DNA of 64,000 nt from Octopus sinensis (GCF_006345805.1 NC_043001.1:17794001-17858000); one strand, 5' to 3'; positions 1-13,084 are shown, numbered from the stretch's first letter. The notes: generated by a model not told the origin, from the letters alone. Translations and numbers: made by a program.

Positions 1-313
1 CTTAAATTAACAATCCTTCAAAGCCGCACCCCAGCATGGCCGCAGTATAATGACCGAAACAAGTGAAAGAGTAGAAGAATAAAAAGTCCAGGTTAATGTA
101 TTTCTCGAAGGTATTCGTTCTTGCTCTTTACGTTCTGAGCTCAAAATCCCGCCAAAATCCTCTTTACCTTTCATCGCCCTGAGTTCAGTGAAAAAGTTAC
201 AAGTCCAGGTCATTATATTTCGAAAATTGTCTTTGAGTCATTTGTTCTTGCACCTTACAATCTTGTTTCAAAATCTAGATTAAATAGATTTGTCCAGATC
301 TATTTAACCATCC

Positions 314-859
314 ATCTTCTTCTTCTTCTTCTTCTTCTTCTTCTTCTTCTTCTTCTTCTTGTTCTTCTCTTCTTCTTCTTCTTCTTCTTCTTCTTCTTCT
401 TCTTCTTCTTCGTCTTCTTCTTCTTCTCCTTCTTCTCTTTCTTCTTTTCTTCTCCTTCTTCTTCTTCTTCTTCTTCGTCTTCTTCTCCTTCTCCTTCTTC
501 TCTTTCTTCTTTTCTTCTCCTTCTTCTTCTCCTTCTTCTCTTCTTCTTCTTCTTCGTCTTCTTCTTCGTCTTCTTCTCCTTCTCCTTCTTCTCTTTCTTC
601 TTTTCTTCTCCTTCTTCTTCTTCTTCTTCTTCGTCTTCTTCTTCGTCTTCTTCTCCTTCTCCTTCTTCTCTTTCTTCTTTTCTTCTCCTTCTTCTTCTTC
701 TTCTTCTTCTTCGTCTTCTTCTTCGTCTTCTTCTCCTTCTCCTTCTTCTCTTTCTTCTTTTCTTCTCCTTCTTCTTCTTCTTCGTCTTCTTCTTCGTCTT
801 CTTCTCCTTCTCCTTCTTCTCTTTCTTCTTTTCTTCTCCTTCTTCTTCTTCTTCTTCTT

Positions 860-888
<29 letters not shown>
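314..888. repeat. Compound (TTC)n/(GAA)n tract with internal higher-order repeat; tail of adjacent RTE LINE
   Basis: Pure pyrimidine tract on the plus strand; motif tctttcttcttttcttctcc recurs 6 times at about 65-91 bp spacing. Confidence 0.95.
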
Positions 889-890
<2 letters not shown>

Positions 891-1137
891 ATCCTTTTTG
901 CCCTTGTGGAGCATAGGGCCTCAACAGTTATTTTCCACTTTTTGCGGTCATTGGCGTGTTTCTTGGCTGCTTCCCATGTCAGGCCGGTGGTCCTGAGCTC
1001 GTCCAAAATACTCTGCTTCTATGTCTGCTTCGGGCGTCCTCGCTTCCTTTTCCCCTGCGGGTTCCATTCAAGTGCTTGTCGTGTCACATTTGAGGGTTCT
1101 TTCCGCAGTGTGTGTCCGATCCACATCCATCTTCTTG
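889..1137 (-). mobile_element. RTE-clade LINE 3' fragment (decayed)
   Basis: Minus-strand translation [38 protein letters not shown]...DELRTTGLTWEAAKKHANDRKKWKITVEALCS matches the RTE ORF C-terminus; followed directly by the (GAA)n tail. Confidence 0.85.
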
Positions 1138-1934
1138 GTGCTATAAAATTAAGAGCCTATTCCAGGTCAATGGATTGGTGGAATTGTTAAGGCGTCCGAC
1201 GAAATACTTTGCTGTGTTTACTACGGCATTGGTCGTCTTTGGTCCTCGTATTTGACTCACCCTTCGAAAATTTTGGTGGTGTGAAGAACAGAGACTTGCT
1301 ACATAGGCAACTGTATACCTTCCATAAAACATAGAATCCTTTGTTCAAAGAAATGGTCAGGAGAGAAGCTTTCAAATACAGTTACGTGGTCAATTTTGAC
1401 TGACAAAATTCTTATATTATTCACATCGTTACGGCTGAAAGCGGTATGTAAAACGACAAGAGAAATAGATATGACCAAGTATTTAAACAAATATTTTTAT
1501 GTTTCTGATACTCCAACGCGTCTCTTAATGAAGGCAATAATGATCACAATCAGAATAAAAATTATATTAAATTATGATTTACATATTTATTCTTAACACA
1601 TTCCAGCAATTTGAACACAAATATGCGAGTTATGTATGTATTCTACAGAACAATTTCTTCCTTTTACGGTGACAATGTGTTCATAACACACTCAGCCCAT
1701 TAGTGCAAGGAATTCTGGGACATCAGAATGACTAATGAGCAGAGTATTTTATGAACAAACTAGGGTCACCGCAGAGGGAAGAAATTATTCTTCTGTGACG
1801 TACACAACAGCGACTGGCATATCTGCGTTCGTTTCTGCTGAACGTATTAAGAATGAATATGCAAATCATCGTTTCAGATTTCATTGGTCACAGTGCAAAT
1901 ATTTTTTTAATGATATTAAAATATAAGCACACGG

Positions 1935-2710
1935 CAAGGCAACGAGCTGGCAGAAACGTTAGCACGCCGGGCGAAATGAGTAGCCGTATTTCGTCTGTCG
2001 TTACGTTCCAAATTCAAATTCCACCGAGGTCGACTTTGCCTTTCATCCTTTCGGGGTCGATAAATTAAGTACCAGTTACGCACTGGGGTCGATGTAACCG
2101 ACTTAATCCGTTTGTCTGTCCTTGTTTGTCCCCTCTGTGTTTAGCCCCTTGTGGGTAGTAAAGAAATAGGTATTTCGTCTGTTTTTGCATTCTGAGTTCA
2201 AATTCTGTCGAGGTCGACTTTGCCTTTCATCCTTTCGGGGTCGATAAATTAAGTACCAGTTACGCACTGGGGTCGATGTAATCGACTTAATCCCTTCGTC
2301 TGTCCTTGCTTGTCCCCTTTATGTTTAGTCCCTTGTGGGCAATAAAGAAATAAGAACCGTTAGCACGCCGGGCAAAATGCTTAGCGTTCTGAGTTCAAAT
2401 TCCGTCGAGGTCACCTTTACCTTTCATCCTTTCTGAGTCGATAAAAGAAAGTACTAGTTGCGCACTTGGGGTTATGTAATCTACTTTCCACCTCCGCCGA
2501 AATTTCAGTCCTTGTGCTAAATTTTGAAACCAATAGAAGGAGGCTAGCTGGCAGAGTCGTTACAGCGTCGGATAAAATACTTAGCGGTATTTCATCTGTC
2601 TTAATGCTCTGAGTTCAAATTCTGCCGAAGTCGACTTTGCTTTCATCCTTTCGGTGTCGATAAAATAAGATATCAATTAAGCACTGGGGTCGATATAATT
2701 GACTTACACT
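1935..2710 (+). mobile_element. Four head-to-tail copies of tRNA-derived SINE family B
   Basis: Head ggcgagctggcagaaacgttagcacg with B box gagttcaaattcc; core cgactttgcctttcatcctttcggggtcgataaattaagtaccag seen four times (resembles Deu/Nin-type SINE core, from recall). Confidence 0.85.
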
Positions 2711-2725
2711 CTTCTTATTATTATC

Positions 2726-3180
2726 ACAAAGGACACGATAAATCCACGAGATTAATTCACTGGAAACTATGTGGCAATTATGGATTGGGCAAAGCAAAGG
2801 CGTGCATTGGGCAAACTCCAGAATAATTAATGAAGAATGACAAGGTAAAGATACTGTGAAGCTACATGTAGTGATCCAATGTGACCATGAAATTAAACAT
2901 CGAAAGTGGGTATTCCCTGGTGATGGTAGAATATCAAGAGGAGAGAAGCAGATTAGATTATTGTTGGAACCTTGGGTACTAAATGTACGAAGCTCACAAA
3001 CTGGGTTGAAAAGATAGGAGTAACCGGGAAGAGAGAGCATCTAGAGAAAACAGTGTTGCCTGGAACTGCACGAAACCTCTGCAGAATTCTCGAAAAATTG
3101 TTACCTTAGTCCATTGGTTGTGGATAGCTGACGCCTTGTTACACTCTCCAGTCAAGTTGCTTTGTTAAAAAAACAACAGC
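2726..3180 (+). mobile_element. Dong/R4-like (restriction-like endonuclease) non-LTR retrotransposon 3' fragment
   Basis: Broken reading gives GHDKSTRLIHWKLCGNYGL..., NDKVKIL, IPGDGRI, IIVGTLG, HLEKTVLPGTARNLCRILE, typical of the R4-clade C-terminus; ends in (TAA)n. Confidence 0.65.
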
Positions 3181-3186
3181 AATAAC

Positions 3187-3238
<52 letters not shown>

Positions 3239-3755
3239 TACCCATCAAGACTACCCGTCTGATAAGGGTACACTAGGGACATGCATCAATCACAACCACA
3301 CGTACGCGACATGGTGATCTCATATCAAGATAAACAGCACATAACCTTGCAGGCGGGGCCCAGTTAGAATTTTCTTCAGGTCGAGTAACCAATCCCGCTC
3401 AAAAGGTCCCTGAATAAGGGTTGTTCAAGGATGTTGAACGAAACACCCATGTTTCCAGAGGTGAATTATTCAAAGCCCAAAGAATCCCTCTCAACACATG
3501 GCTATGATGCTGCCCCACTACTTCTGCTCGTGATCAGAGATGCACATATCATCAGCCTCTAAGGGATATGGTCAACTGGTTAAGGTCAAACAACTGACAA
3601 GCAACTCTGTAGTATTGAGCAGAATATTTGCTGTAGCCCATCTTTTATACCAAGACAAAACAATGTACATGATAACACTTTCCATCAGTTAAGATCAGAA
3701 GCCACGAGAACCACTGCCTGGTACTGCATCAGGGCATTTATTATTATTATTATTA

Positions 3756-3806
<51 letters not shown>

Positions 3807-5689
3807 TATTATTATTATCATTATTATTATTGAGTGAGATAGCAGTGCATGCCTATTAATTGCAGCAGCTACTGAACTGCAGTTGTCGCACTTGCTAACG
3901 CTATTAATGACAACACACATGCATTGCTCAAAAGTTCCAAAGAGCGTTCTGCATCATTACTTTAATAATTGAAGGTCAACATCTTGAATAAGCAATAACA
4001 ACAACTTTATTAATAATAATATCAATTACAATAACAAGAAACATTAACAAAAGCTAAAAACAATTTCCCCTGGAATTGCTGGCCTTGTACCAAAATTTGA
4101 ACTCAAAACGTAAAGCCGGAAGAAATGGTAGTCAGCATTTTGACCGACACGTTGTTTGTAACATAGGGAAGAGGTTATCCCCCAGTACCTGAGTCAATAC
4201 AAATAATTCATAAGGAATTTTACCGTGGCTGCTAAGGGGGGGGGGGGAGCCTAACTCGCCTTTCAGAGATACATTTTTTTAAGGGTCATTAGCGATGTAA
4301 AACAATAATAACAATAAATAGATAAAAAAAGTATATATATATATAAATAAAAATAAACGAAAATCGCTTCAAGCTGGAATCGAAATCGAATTATGCAATT
4401 AGGCTCGCTGGAAGCTTATCGCTTGTTGTAGGTCGAGTAGATTGGATGATAGTTGGGCGGGAATTGGACGCTAATAGAAAAACAATGAAGCGTAACGAAA
4501 ACTGAAAGAGCAGAATATGTAATGAAAAGCGTGGCATATTGAGAAGAAGAAGAAGAAAAACCAAAAAAATCCCTTAGGTTATGGGACAAAATGCAGTAGT
4601 AATGTGATGTGTCAAATGACCCCTTACCATGTATGTTTTATATGGTCAAAGGAATTTCTCATCTTAGAAAAAAGAGCCAATATTAATACGATTACTCTTT
4701 TTGTTTTTTTATTTCTTCGCCCATTTTCTGGGGTTTTTTTATTATTATTTTTGTACTATTTTCTTAATATTTAGTTGTCTTGTTTGTTTTTTTGTTGTTT
4801 GTTTTTTTGCTGTATTTGTTGTTGTTTTTGTTTGTTTTGTTTCTACAGTAATCCTTGCTTATTAACACAGACACGGTTCACTGCCTTTTCTCAAATAATA
4901 TTCACTGATCTCTGCGTAAACATGGTCACCATATGTTCCCATCGCTGTGACCACATTCACGCTTTCAATTTCTCCTACTCCCACCCTTCTTTCTCTCTCT
5001 CCCTTTCTCCCTCTCTCTCTCTTTCTCACTCACTTTCACACATGCTCTCTCTCCCTCTCCCTCTCTCTTACTCTCCTTCTGTTTTTTCTCCCCCTCATCC
5101 CCTCTGTCTTCTTTCTATCTAACTGCATCACTACAGCTTCCATTTCTCCTCTCCTCTTTTCTCCATCCTCTTCCATTTCTCTTCCTCTTCCAATTCCACA
5201 ATTCTCGAAACACAACATCTACTACTACTACTACTACTACTACTGTTGCTACAACTACTACAGCTGATGATACTCCTACAATTACTATAACTACTACTGC
5301 TGCTGCTACTACTACTTCTGCTGCTGCTGTTACAACTACTACTACTACAACTACTACTACTACTAAACTTTTACTACTGCTGTTGCAATTGCTGCTGCTG
5401 GTGATGATGATGATGCTGATGGTGGTGGTGGTGATGATAATGATGATGAGGATGATGATGATGAGGAGGAGGAGGAGGAGGCGGAGGAGGAGGAAGAGGA
5501 AGAGGAGGAGGATACTAGAACGGTGATGCTCTCTTCCCCACTTCTAGTCTGCAGTAACGTAATTTCCTCAGGTGCTATGAGAGCGCTGTAATATGTAATC
5601 CAGCGGCAAATTATTGAAGCCCTCCCCACCACCACTTCACGAAGCTGACAATGTCAAGGGGGAACAATTAACAACAGCTTTATGTTCTT

Positions 5690-5897
5690 TCACTCTCTTT
5701 TACTTGTTTCAATTATTTGACTGTGGCCATGCTGGAGCACCGCCTTTTAGTCGAGCAAATCGACCCCGGAACTTATTCTTTGTAAGCCTAATACTTATTC
5801 TATCGGTCACTTTTGCCGAACCGCTAAGTTACAGGGACGTAAACACACCAGCATCGGTTGTCAAGCGATGTTGGGGCGACAAACTCAGACACAGAAA

Positions 5898-5994
<97 letters not shown>

Positions 5995-6152
5995 CATATA
6001 TACGACGGGCTTCTTTCAGTTTCCGTCTACCAAATCCACTCACAAGGCTTTGGTTTGTCCGAGGCTATAGTAAAAGACACTTGTCCAAGGTGCCACACAG
6101 TGGGACTGAACCCTGAACCATGTGGTTGGTAAGCACGCTACTTACCACACAG
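5690..6152 (-). mobile_element. tRNA-derived SINE family A with internal (CA)n(TA)n
   Basis: Multi-copy in the window; head carries A/B-box-like tggctgtgtgg and ggttcagtccc; tail (agtaaaag)n. Confidence 0.85.
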
Positions 6153-6339
6153 ACATATCGCCTCGTTAAGTGGAAGGGCAGCATTCATAATCTTTTTTTG
6201 TTTTTTAGACCTCCGAGACTCATGAGAGAGAAAGAAGTTATCCTCAAACCGGAAGCTTGACCGAAATGCTAGTAACATTAGGCTCTGCTAAAAGCAATCA
6301 AGGAACAGGTGGTGATGTTACACCGAGTGACTGTTTATG

Positions 6340-6672
6340 TCTACCTCTCACATGGGTTGGGGTGAAAGTCCGAAACGTGGTCCCTTGCTATTCGTAAGAC
6401 CCGCAGAAAAGAAAGCAGGTCAACCCCCGACACGGAGAGCATCGACGGTCGGGGGTTGCGTAGGAAGTCGGGGACAACAAACAGGAAGAAAGAGTGAGAG
6501 AAAGTTGGGGCGAAAGAGTACAACAGGGTTCGCCACCACCCACTGCCGGAGCCTCGTGGAGCTTTAGGTGTTTTCGCTCAATAAACACACACAACGCCCG
6601 GTCTGGGAATCGAAACCACGACCCTCTGACCGCGAGTCCGCTGCCCTAACCATTGGGCCATTGCGCCTCCAC
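6340..6672 (-). mobile_element. tRNA-derived SINE family C
   Basis: Head gtggaggcgcaatggcccaatggttagggcagcggactcgcgg...ggtttcgattccc; homologous copies at 23890, 24365, 37872 and 50110. Confidence 0.8.
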
Positions 6673-6720
6673 TTCCTGCTGCTGCTGCTGTTGTCTTCTT
6701 CTTCCAATCAGGACTCACGC

Positions 6721-7207
6721 ATGGTTTAGTCCATAAAATAAGATTTGACTACACCTCCATTTAAAGCACAGTTTAAGCTATCTTTTCGTGGAAGAAGGTT
6801 TATGTTCCTATAACCTGCGTTATTTTGTAACCCTTTAAAATGGAAGATGAGAAAGTTCATTTTCGGCACTTGATGCTTTGGGAAACAGACAAAAATTGCT
6901 GCAGCTCGGCTGGGATGTGTTACCCCACCCTCCATATTCACCAGATATTGCGCCTTCGGATTTCCACTTATTCAGGTCTCTGCAGAACAGTCTTAATGGT
7001 AAAAATTTCAATTCCTTGGATGACATAAAAAGATACCTTGATGAATTGTTTGCCATGAAAACACCTCATTTCTGGGAAGAGGGTATTTTCAAGTTAAAGG
7101 AAAGATGGAGACGCATTGTGCAACAAAATGGTTCATATTTGGTTGATTAAAAATGTAATGGCAAGTATTTATTTATTGACCCTTTTCTTTCCTTTAAAAA
7201 TTGGCAC
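6721..7207 (+). mobile_element. Internally deleted mariner transposon remnant
   Basis: MEDEKVHFRHLML fused directly to QKLLQLGWDVLPHPPYSPDIAPSDFHLFRSLQNSL; same family as 19345-20582; TIRs lost or truncated. Confidence 0.9.
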
Positions 7208-7224
7208 TTCTTTTGTTATGTTAT

Positions 7225-8160
7225 TAGTGAAAGTGCCAAGCAGAATCGTAAGCGCGCCAGAAAAAATGCTTAGCGGCATTTTATCCGTCTTTACGTTTTG
7301 AGTTCAAATTCCACCGAGGTCGACTTTGTCTTTCATCCTTTCGAGCTCTATGTCGATATAATCGACTTGGCCCTTTTCCCCAAAATGTCAGGCCTTGTAT
7401 CTATAGAGTAGAAAGAATGATTATGTTAATAATTAGTCAACCAATTAACCATGTAACCAATTAATTAATCAGGTGTTTGGATTAATCATTCAGTCAATCA
7501 ATCGTTCGGTCAATCATTCGGTCAATCTTGACTGACAGACAGAACTGAATCACACGTGGAATAGAGAGGGTTTGTCATTGATGAGGTCGCCAGAAATGAC
7601 AAAGGGATTTTCTAGTCTAGCTGATTGATTAGATTATCAAACGATTAATCAAAAAATTGATTACTTAATTAGTTAAATGTTAACTGACTAATAATAATTA
7701 AAGAAGTGAAACAGAAGTAGTGCGTCTGTTTATTATTGGCATTATGATTTTTCCGTAAGGTGGCGCGCTGGCAGAATCACGCCGGACAAAATGCTTAGCG
7801 GTGTTTCGTCTGTCTTTACGTTGAGTTCAAATTCCGCCGAGGTCGACTTTGCCTTTTATTCTTTCGGGGTCGATAAATTAAGTACCAGTTGCGTACTGGG
7901 GTCGATCTAATAGACTGGCCCCCTCCCCCAAAATTTTGGGCCTTGTGCCAAGAGTAGGAACAAATTGTTAGCACGCCGGACAAAATGCTTAGCGGCATTT
8001 CGTCGGTCTTTACGTTCTGACTTCAAATGCCGCTGAGGTCGACTTTGATGCCTTTGATCCTTTCGCAATCGATAAAATAAGCTCCATTTGGGCATTGGGG
8101 TCGATCAATTGGCTAGCCCCTCCCACAAAATTTCAATCCTTGTGCCTGTACTAGAAAGGA
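7225..8160 (+). mobile_element. Three SINE family B copies (about 7225, 7760 and 7965)
   Basis: Same head and core motifs as 1935-2710. Confidence 0.75.
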
Positions 8161-8699
8161 TTATTATGACTTCCCTGAGATACAACAAAATGGCATATAT
8201 AAACTTAATGCTATCTATTTCCAAGCATGTGATGCGCAACGCATTGAGTACAACGACTTAACATAAACAGCGAATTTGCCGTCGACGACTGAAAGCCTCC
8301 ATTTTGAAAACGCCAAACTTGCTTTATGAATATCAACACTGTCCCGCTGAAGGCAGCTTTTACTAGAGATATGAATTATAGAGAGTGAAAGTTAAAAGAA
8401 TGGAAAACACATCGATCACAATTATTTCGTGGTATCATGAATCTGACCAAACTCACGAGGACTCTCATTACTTTTTTCTTGATTTTACTATATCATATCA
8501 TATTATATTATATTATATTATATTATATTATATTATATTATATTATATTATATTATGCTATGTTATGTTATATGATCATAATTATAAATATAAAATTTTA
8601 GTCAATATGTATGTCTATAGCATAAAGTCAGAAGGTGTGAGAGATGATAGTTTTATTTTTCCATATGTATATGTGCGTATATGTGCGAACATATTTATA

Positions 8700-8743
<44 letters not shown>

Positions 8744-9832
8744 TGTGTGTATATATTTATACACACACACACACACATATATTATATATATATATATATA
8801 TGTATGTATATACACACACGTATATACACATATATAACTAAAAATATACATGTGTACACACACACATATATATGTACTTACACTCATATATACTCACACA
8901 TATTATTAGTATACATATATACGTACATTTTTTATACATACATACACACGTATATACATATATGACTGGATATGAAGCTATTTCTGTCGTATACGGTAAA
9001 ACATTCATTGTTTTTCTTTTTTTCTCTCTTTCCTTTTTTTCTCACCTAATTTCGCTTTAACATACAAGTCATGAATGTGTCACATTTTCTGCCTCTGTCC
9101 TCCTTCTCACACACACCACATGCCCTTACTGCGACAGTGATATTTGGGTGATAAATGATATCAATAGAACAACACTATATTGCATTGCAAACTGGAAGAT
9201 CTTGCAATTTGTGCGTTGAAGCGGCAAAGTTTGAAAGATGATGGTGTGATTTTAATTCAAACATCAACGTGATAAACGCAAACTTCTCTAACAATCCCGT
9301 GTCTTTATATTTTTCTTATTTATTGAATGAAAACTTCGGTGGGCGATAAATTAAAAGAGTGACGAACTGGGTTTTATTGGAGACGTTTGCAGGTCGTCGA
9401 CATATGAAATAAAAAGAAGCGGGAAAGTGGGGGAGGAGGCGTGAGAGAGTCATAAAACAAGAAATCAGTCTAGTGGCCTGTGCGGACTGATGAGCGATGC
9501 TATAGTCTATGGAGGAGAAAGTGACGCCTCATCTCGCTTTGCTTCAATCTGTATTTTATGCGAAACCAGACGCTGTTCGAAATCATTTCTTCCGAGAGAC
9601 TTCACCAGGAAGAGGAAATATTTCATATACATTCGGACGAAGTTTTAAGCAACCATCCATGTCAGTCTTTTGCATAAACAGATATGTGACCATATCACGC
9701 GCACACACGCACGCACACGCACGCATGCGCACGCACACGCACGCACACGCACGCACACGCACGCACACGCACGCACACGCACGCACACGCACGCGCACAC
9801 AGACATGCGAAAAATATTAAACATATCATTCA

Positions 9833-10251
9833 ACTCTTTACTCTTTTACTCTTTTACTTGTTTCAGTCATTTGACTGCGGCCATGCTTCAGCACCGCCTT
9901 TAATCGAGCAACTCGACCCCGGGACTTATTCTTTTGTAAGCCCAGTACTTATTCTATCGGTCTCTTTTGCCGAACCGCTAAGTAACGGGGACATAAGCAC
10001 ACCAGCATCGGTTGTCAAGCAATGCTAGGGGGACAAACACAGACACACAAACACACACACGCACACACACATATATATACATATATACGACGGGCTTCTT
10101 TCAGTTTCCGTCTACCAAATCCACTCACAAGGCATTAGTCGACCCGGGGCCATAGCAGAAGACACTTGCCCAAGATGCCACGCAGTGGGACTGAACCCGG
10201 AACCATGTGGTTGGTAAACAAGCTACTTACCACACAGTCACTCCTGCGCCT
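9833..10251 (-). mobile_element. SINE family A
   Basis: Full-length match to other copies, ends ctcctgcgcct. Confidence 0.9.
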
Positions 10252-10435
10252 ATCATTCAACTAAGGTAGTAGTTGAATAATATTCTTAAGGCCGCAATTT
10301 CAGACATTGCCGCTAATTCAGTTCTTAACCAAACTGAACACTGTTCACATTTTGGGAGATGACCGATCCCTAGGTACATTTTGGCATTAAAAAATGAGTT
10401 GGTCCAGTAGAAAAAAGGTTACATCAAAATTTGTA

Positions 10436-10840
10436 GCAGGAGTGGCTGTGTGGTAAGTAGCTTGCTTACCAACAACATGGTTCCGGGTTCAGTCCCACTG
10501 CGTGACACCTTGGTTAAGTATCTTCTACTATAGCCTCGGGCCGACCAAAGCCTTGTGAGTGGATTTGGTAGACGGAAACTGAAAGAAGCCCGTCGTATAT
10601 ATGTATATATATATGTGTGTGTGTGTTTGTGTGTCTGTGTTTGTCCCCCCAACATCGCTTGATAGCCGATGCTGGTGTGTTTACGTCTCCCTAACTTAGC
10701 GGTGGGGCAAAATAGACTGACAGAATAAGTTCTAGGCTTACAAAGAATAATTCCTGGAGTCGATTTGCTCGACTAAAGTTGGTGCTCCAACATGGCCGCA
10801 GTCAAATGACTGAAACAAGTAAAAGAGAGTAAAAGAGAAC
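10436..10840 (+). mobile_element. SINE family A
   Basis: Starts gcaggagtggctgtgtggtaag, ends gtaaaagag. Confidence 0.9.
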
Positions 10841-11335
10841 GTTAAAGGAGAGTAAGTAATGCCACCAATCAAGTTTAGATCTAAATAACTTTTTTATTTT
10901 AAAAGCAAAATATATTTATCTTAGCTTCAATGATAGAAAAACATGAAGAATTTTATAGCTTTGGTCCCATGCAACAAAACTTTGTATCAAAAAAGTTGTG
11001 AGGTAAAATATCATAAAGAAATAAAAGGCAAACTATTGGATTTAAGTATAATTAACTTTTTTATTTTAAAAACAAACTGTATTTTAATTAAGTTTAAATG
11101 ATAGAGCTCAATTCGAGGAATTTCGTGGTATCAATCTCATGCAATGAAGTTTTAAAAGAAAAAAAGTTGAGTGTTTGTTTCTCAAATTTGAAGGTGATAA
11201 TATAGTTCTATACTTTTTTATAAGGAGACTTTTAATATATATCACCGGCATCATTGAGGTAAGGAAAAATTATCAACGACACCGCTAATTGACGCATTTG
11301 ACACATTATTAATTAGCATAAGACATGGAAAAAAA

Positions 11336-12487
11336 ATGGATTACATGGAAAAATGCGAGCAAGAGAAATAATATTCTTAAGATTATAAACCTGGAAAATT
11401 ATTACACTTGGAAAAGTTCAGGAAAACTTATTACATCTGGTAAAGTACAGAACAAGAATATTTTTACTTAAAATATTGCAACTAAGGATAAAATTTCAAA
11501 TAAAATATTTAGATTTAGAAAATATTAGCTTTTATTAAAACTAAAAATTTTATTACAAGTTATTGCTTCTATTTGTTATAACTTCATACTTCTATTAAAA
11601 CTGAAAAATTATTTAATTAAAGTATTTTTCGCAATTTAAAAATCTTTTTTTTAACTATTAATTAATAATTGAAAATTTGAAAAGTTATAAAGGACAAGTT
11701 ATTACACTTGGAAAAGTTTAGGACAAGTTATTACATCTTGTAAAGTACAGAACAAGGAAATTTGTACATAAAATATTGGAGCTATGGATAAAATTTGAAT
11801 ATTAAAAATTATTTGATTCTAATTTACACAGTAAATTAAAAAAGGTACCATCATTTTGTTAAAATATTGACACACTAGAATACTTAAAAATGAGAGCCAG
11901 AAGTACCAATATAGCTAAAGTTTTGTACAAAGTAGAATAGTATATATGGTAGGCTAATTCATTATGTAAAAAATAGGAATTTGGTCAAGACTAAAAATGT
12001 GAAAACTTGGCAATACCTCAAGCAAATTTTACTGTGAATTTATTGTTATAGGTATATTTTACTGTAATATATATCTAATTTTTGTATTATTTCATTTATT
12101 GTACTAATTATGTACTACTATTATTTTTATAACCTATTTTCAAATTTTTGATTATTAATTAATAATTTCGAAAATAATTTTTTTAAAGTGCGAAAAATAT
12201 TTTAATTGAATTATTTTTTTAGTTTTAATAGAAGTATCAAGTTATAACAAATAGAAGTAATAACTTGTAATAAAATTTTTAGTTTTAATAAAAGCTAATA
12301 TTTTCTAAATCTAAATATTTTATTTGAAATTTTATCCTTAGTTGCAATATTTTAAGTAAAAATGTTCTTGTTCTGTACTTTACCAGATGTAATAAGTTCT
12401 TCTGAACTTTTCCAAGTGTAATAATTTTCCAGTGTAATAATCATAAGAATATTATTTCTCTTGCTCGCATTTTTCCATGTAATCCAT
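11336..12487. mobile_element. Foldback/MITE-like element with ~350-bp terminal inverted repeats
   Basis: 11336-~11690 is the near-exact reverse complement of ~12130-12487 (atggattacatggaaaaatgcgagcaagag...); part of the left arm repeats directly at 11701. Confidence 0.75.
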
Positions 12488-12544
12488 GTAATATATGTAT
12501 GTAAATCTAGGTATCATCTATATCTCTTTTCATCTATCTTTCTT

Positions 12545-12600
<56 letters not shown>

Positions 12601-12803
12601 CTTATCTACCTATCTATCAATCTATCCATCTCTTTATTTTTCTATTTATCTAAAGACGTTGCAGTGAAGGATTTTAGCCGGATAAATTGACCCTAGTACT
12701 TATTTTCTAAAATCAGGAACTTATATCAGTCGGTTTTGTTGAACTGCTAAGTTATGGAGATGTAAATAAACCAACTCTAATTTTTAAGGCGGTGTGGAGA
12801 ACA

Positions 12804-12840
<37 letters not shown>

Positions 12841-13084
12841 ACACGCAACATTACATGTACATATATGTACGACCGGCTTCATCACAGTTTCTGTCTACTA
12901 AATTCACACAGAAGGCATTGATCGGTCCTGGGCTATAATATAATAGAATACACTTGCTCGAGATACCGCGTTGTGTACCTGAACCCGAATCTACGTGATC
13001 GCAAAGTGAGCTTCTTAACCACAGGCATTTTTTTACATTAGGTCTTTTCGTTTCTTTGATTTTTCCATCTAAACAAACCTTTAC

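Noticed and set aside
275-1006. 243-aa Lys/Arg/Glu-rich ORF and overlapping ORFs
   Set aside because: Translation of the GAA tract; only the first ~39 aa are RTE-derived
6365-6390. aagtccgaaacgtggtcc as a ribozyme core in SINE-C
   Set aside because: No CUGANGA upstream, and it lies antisense to the SINE
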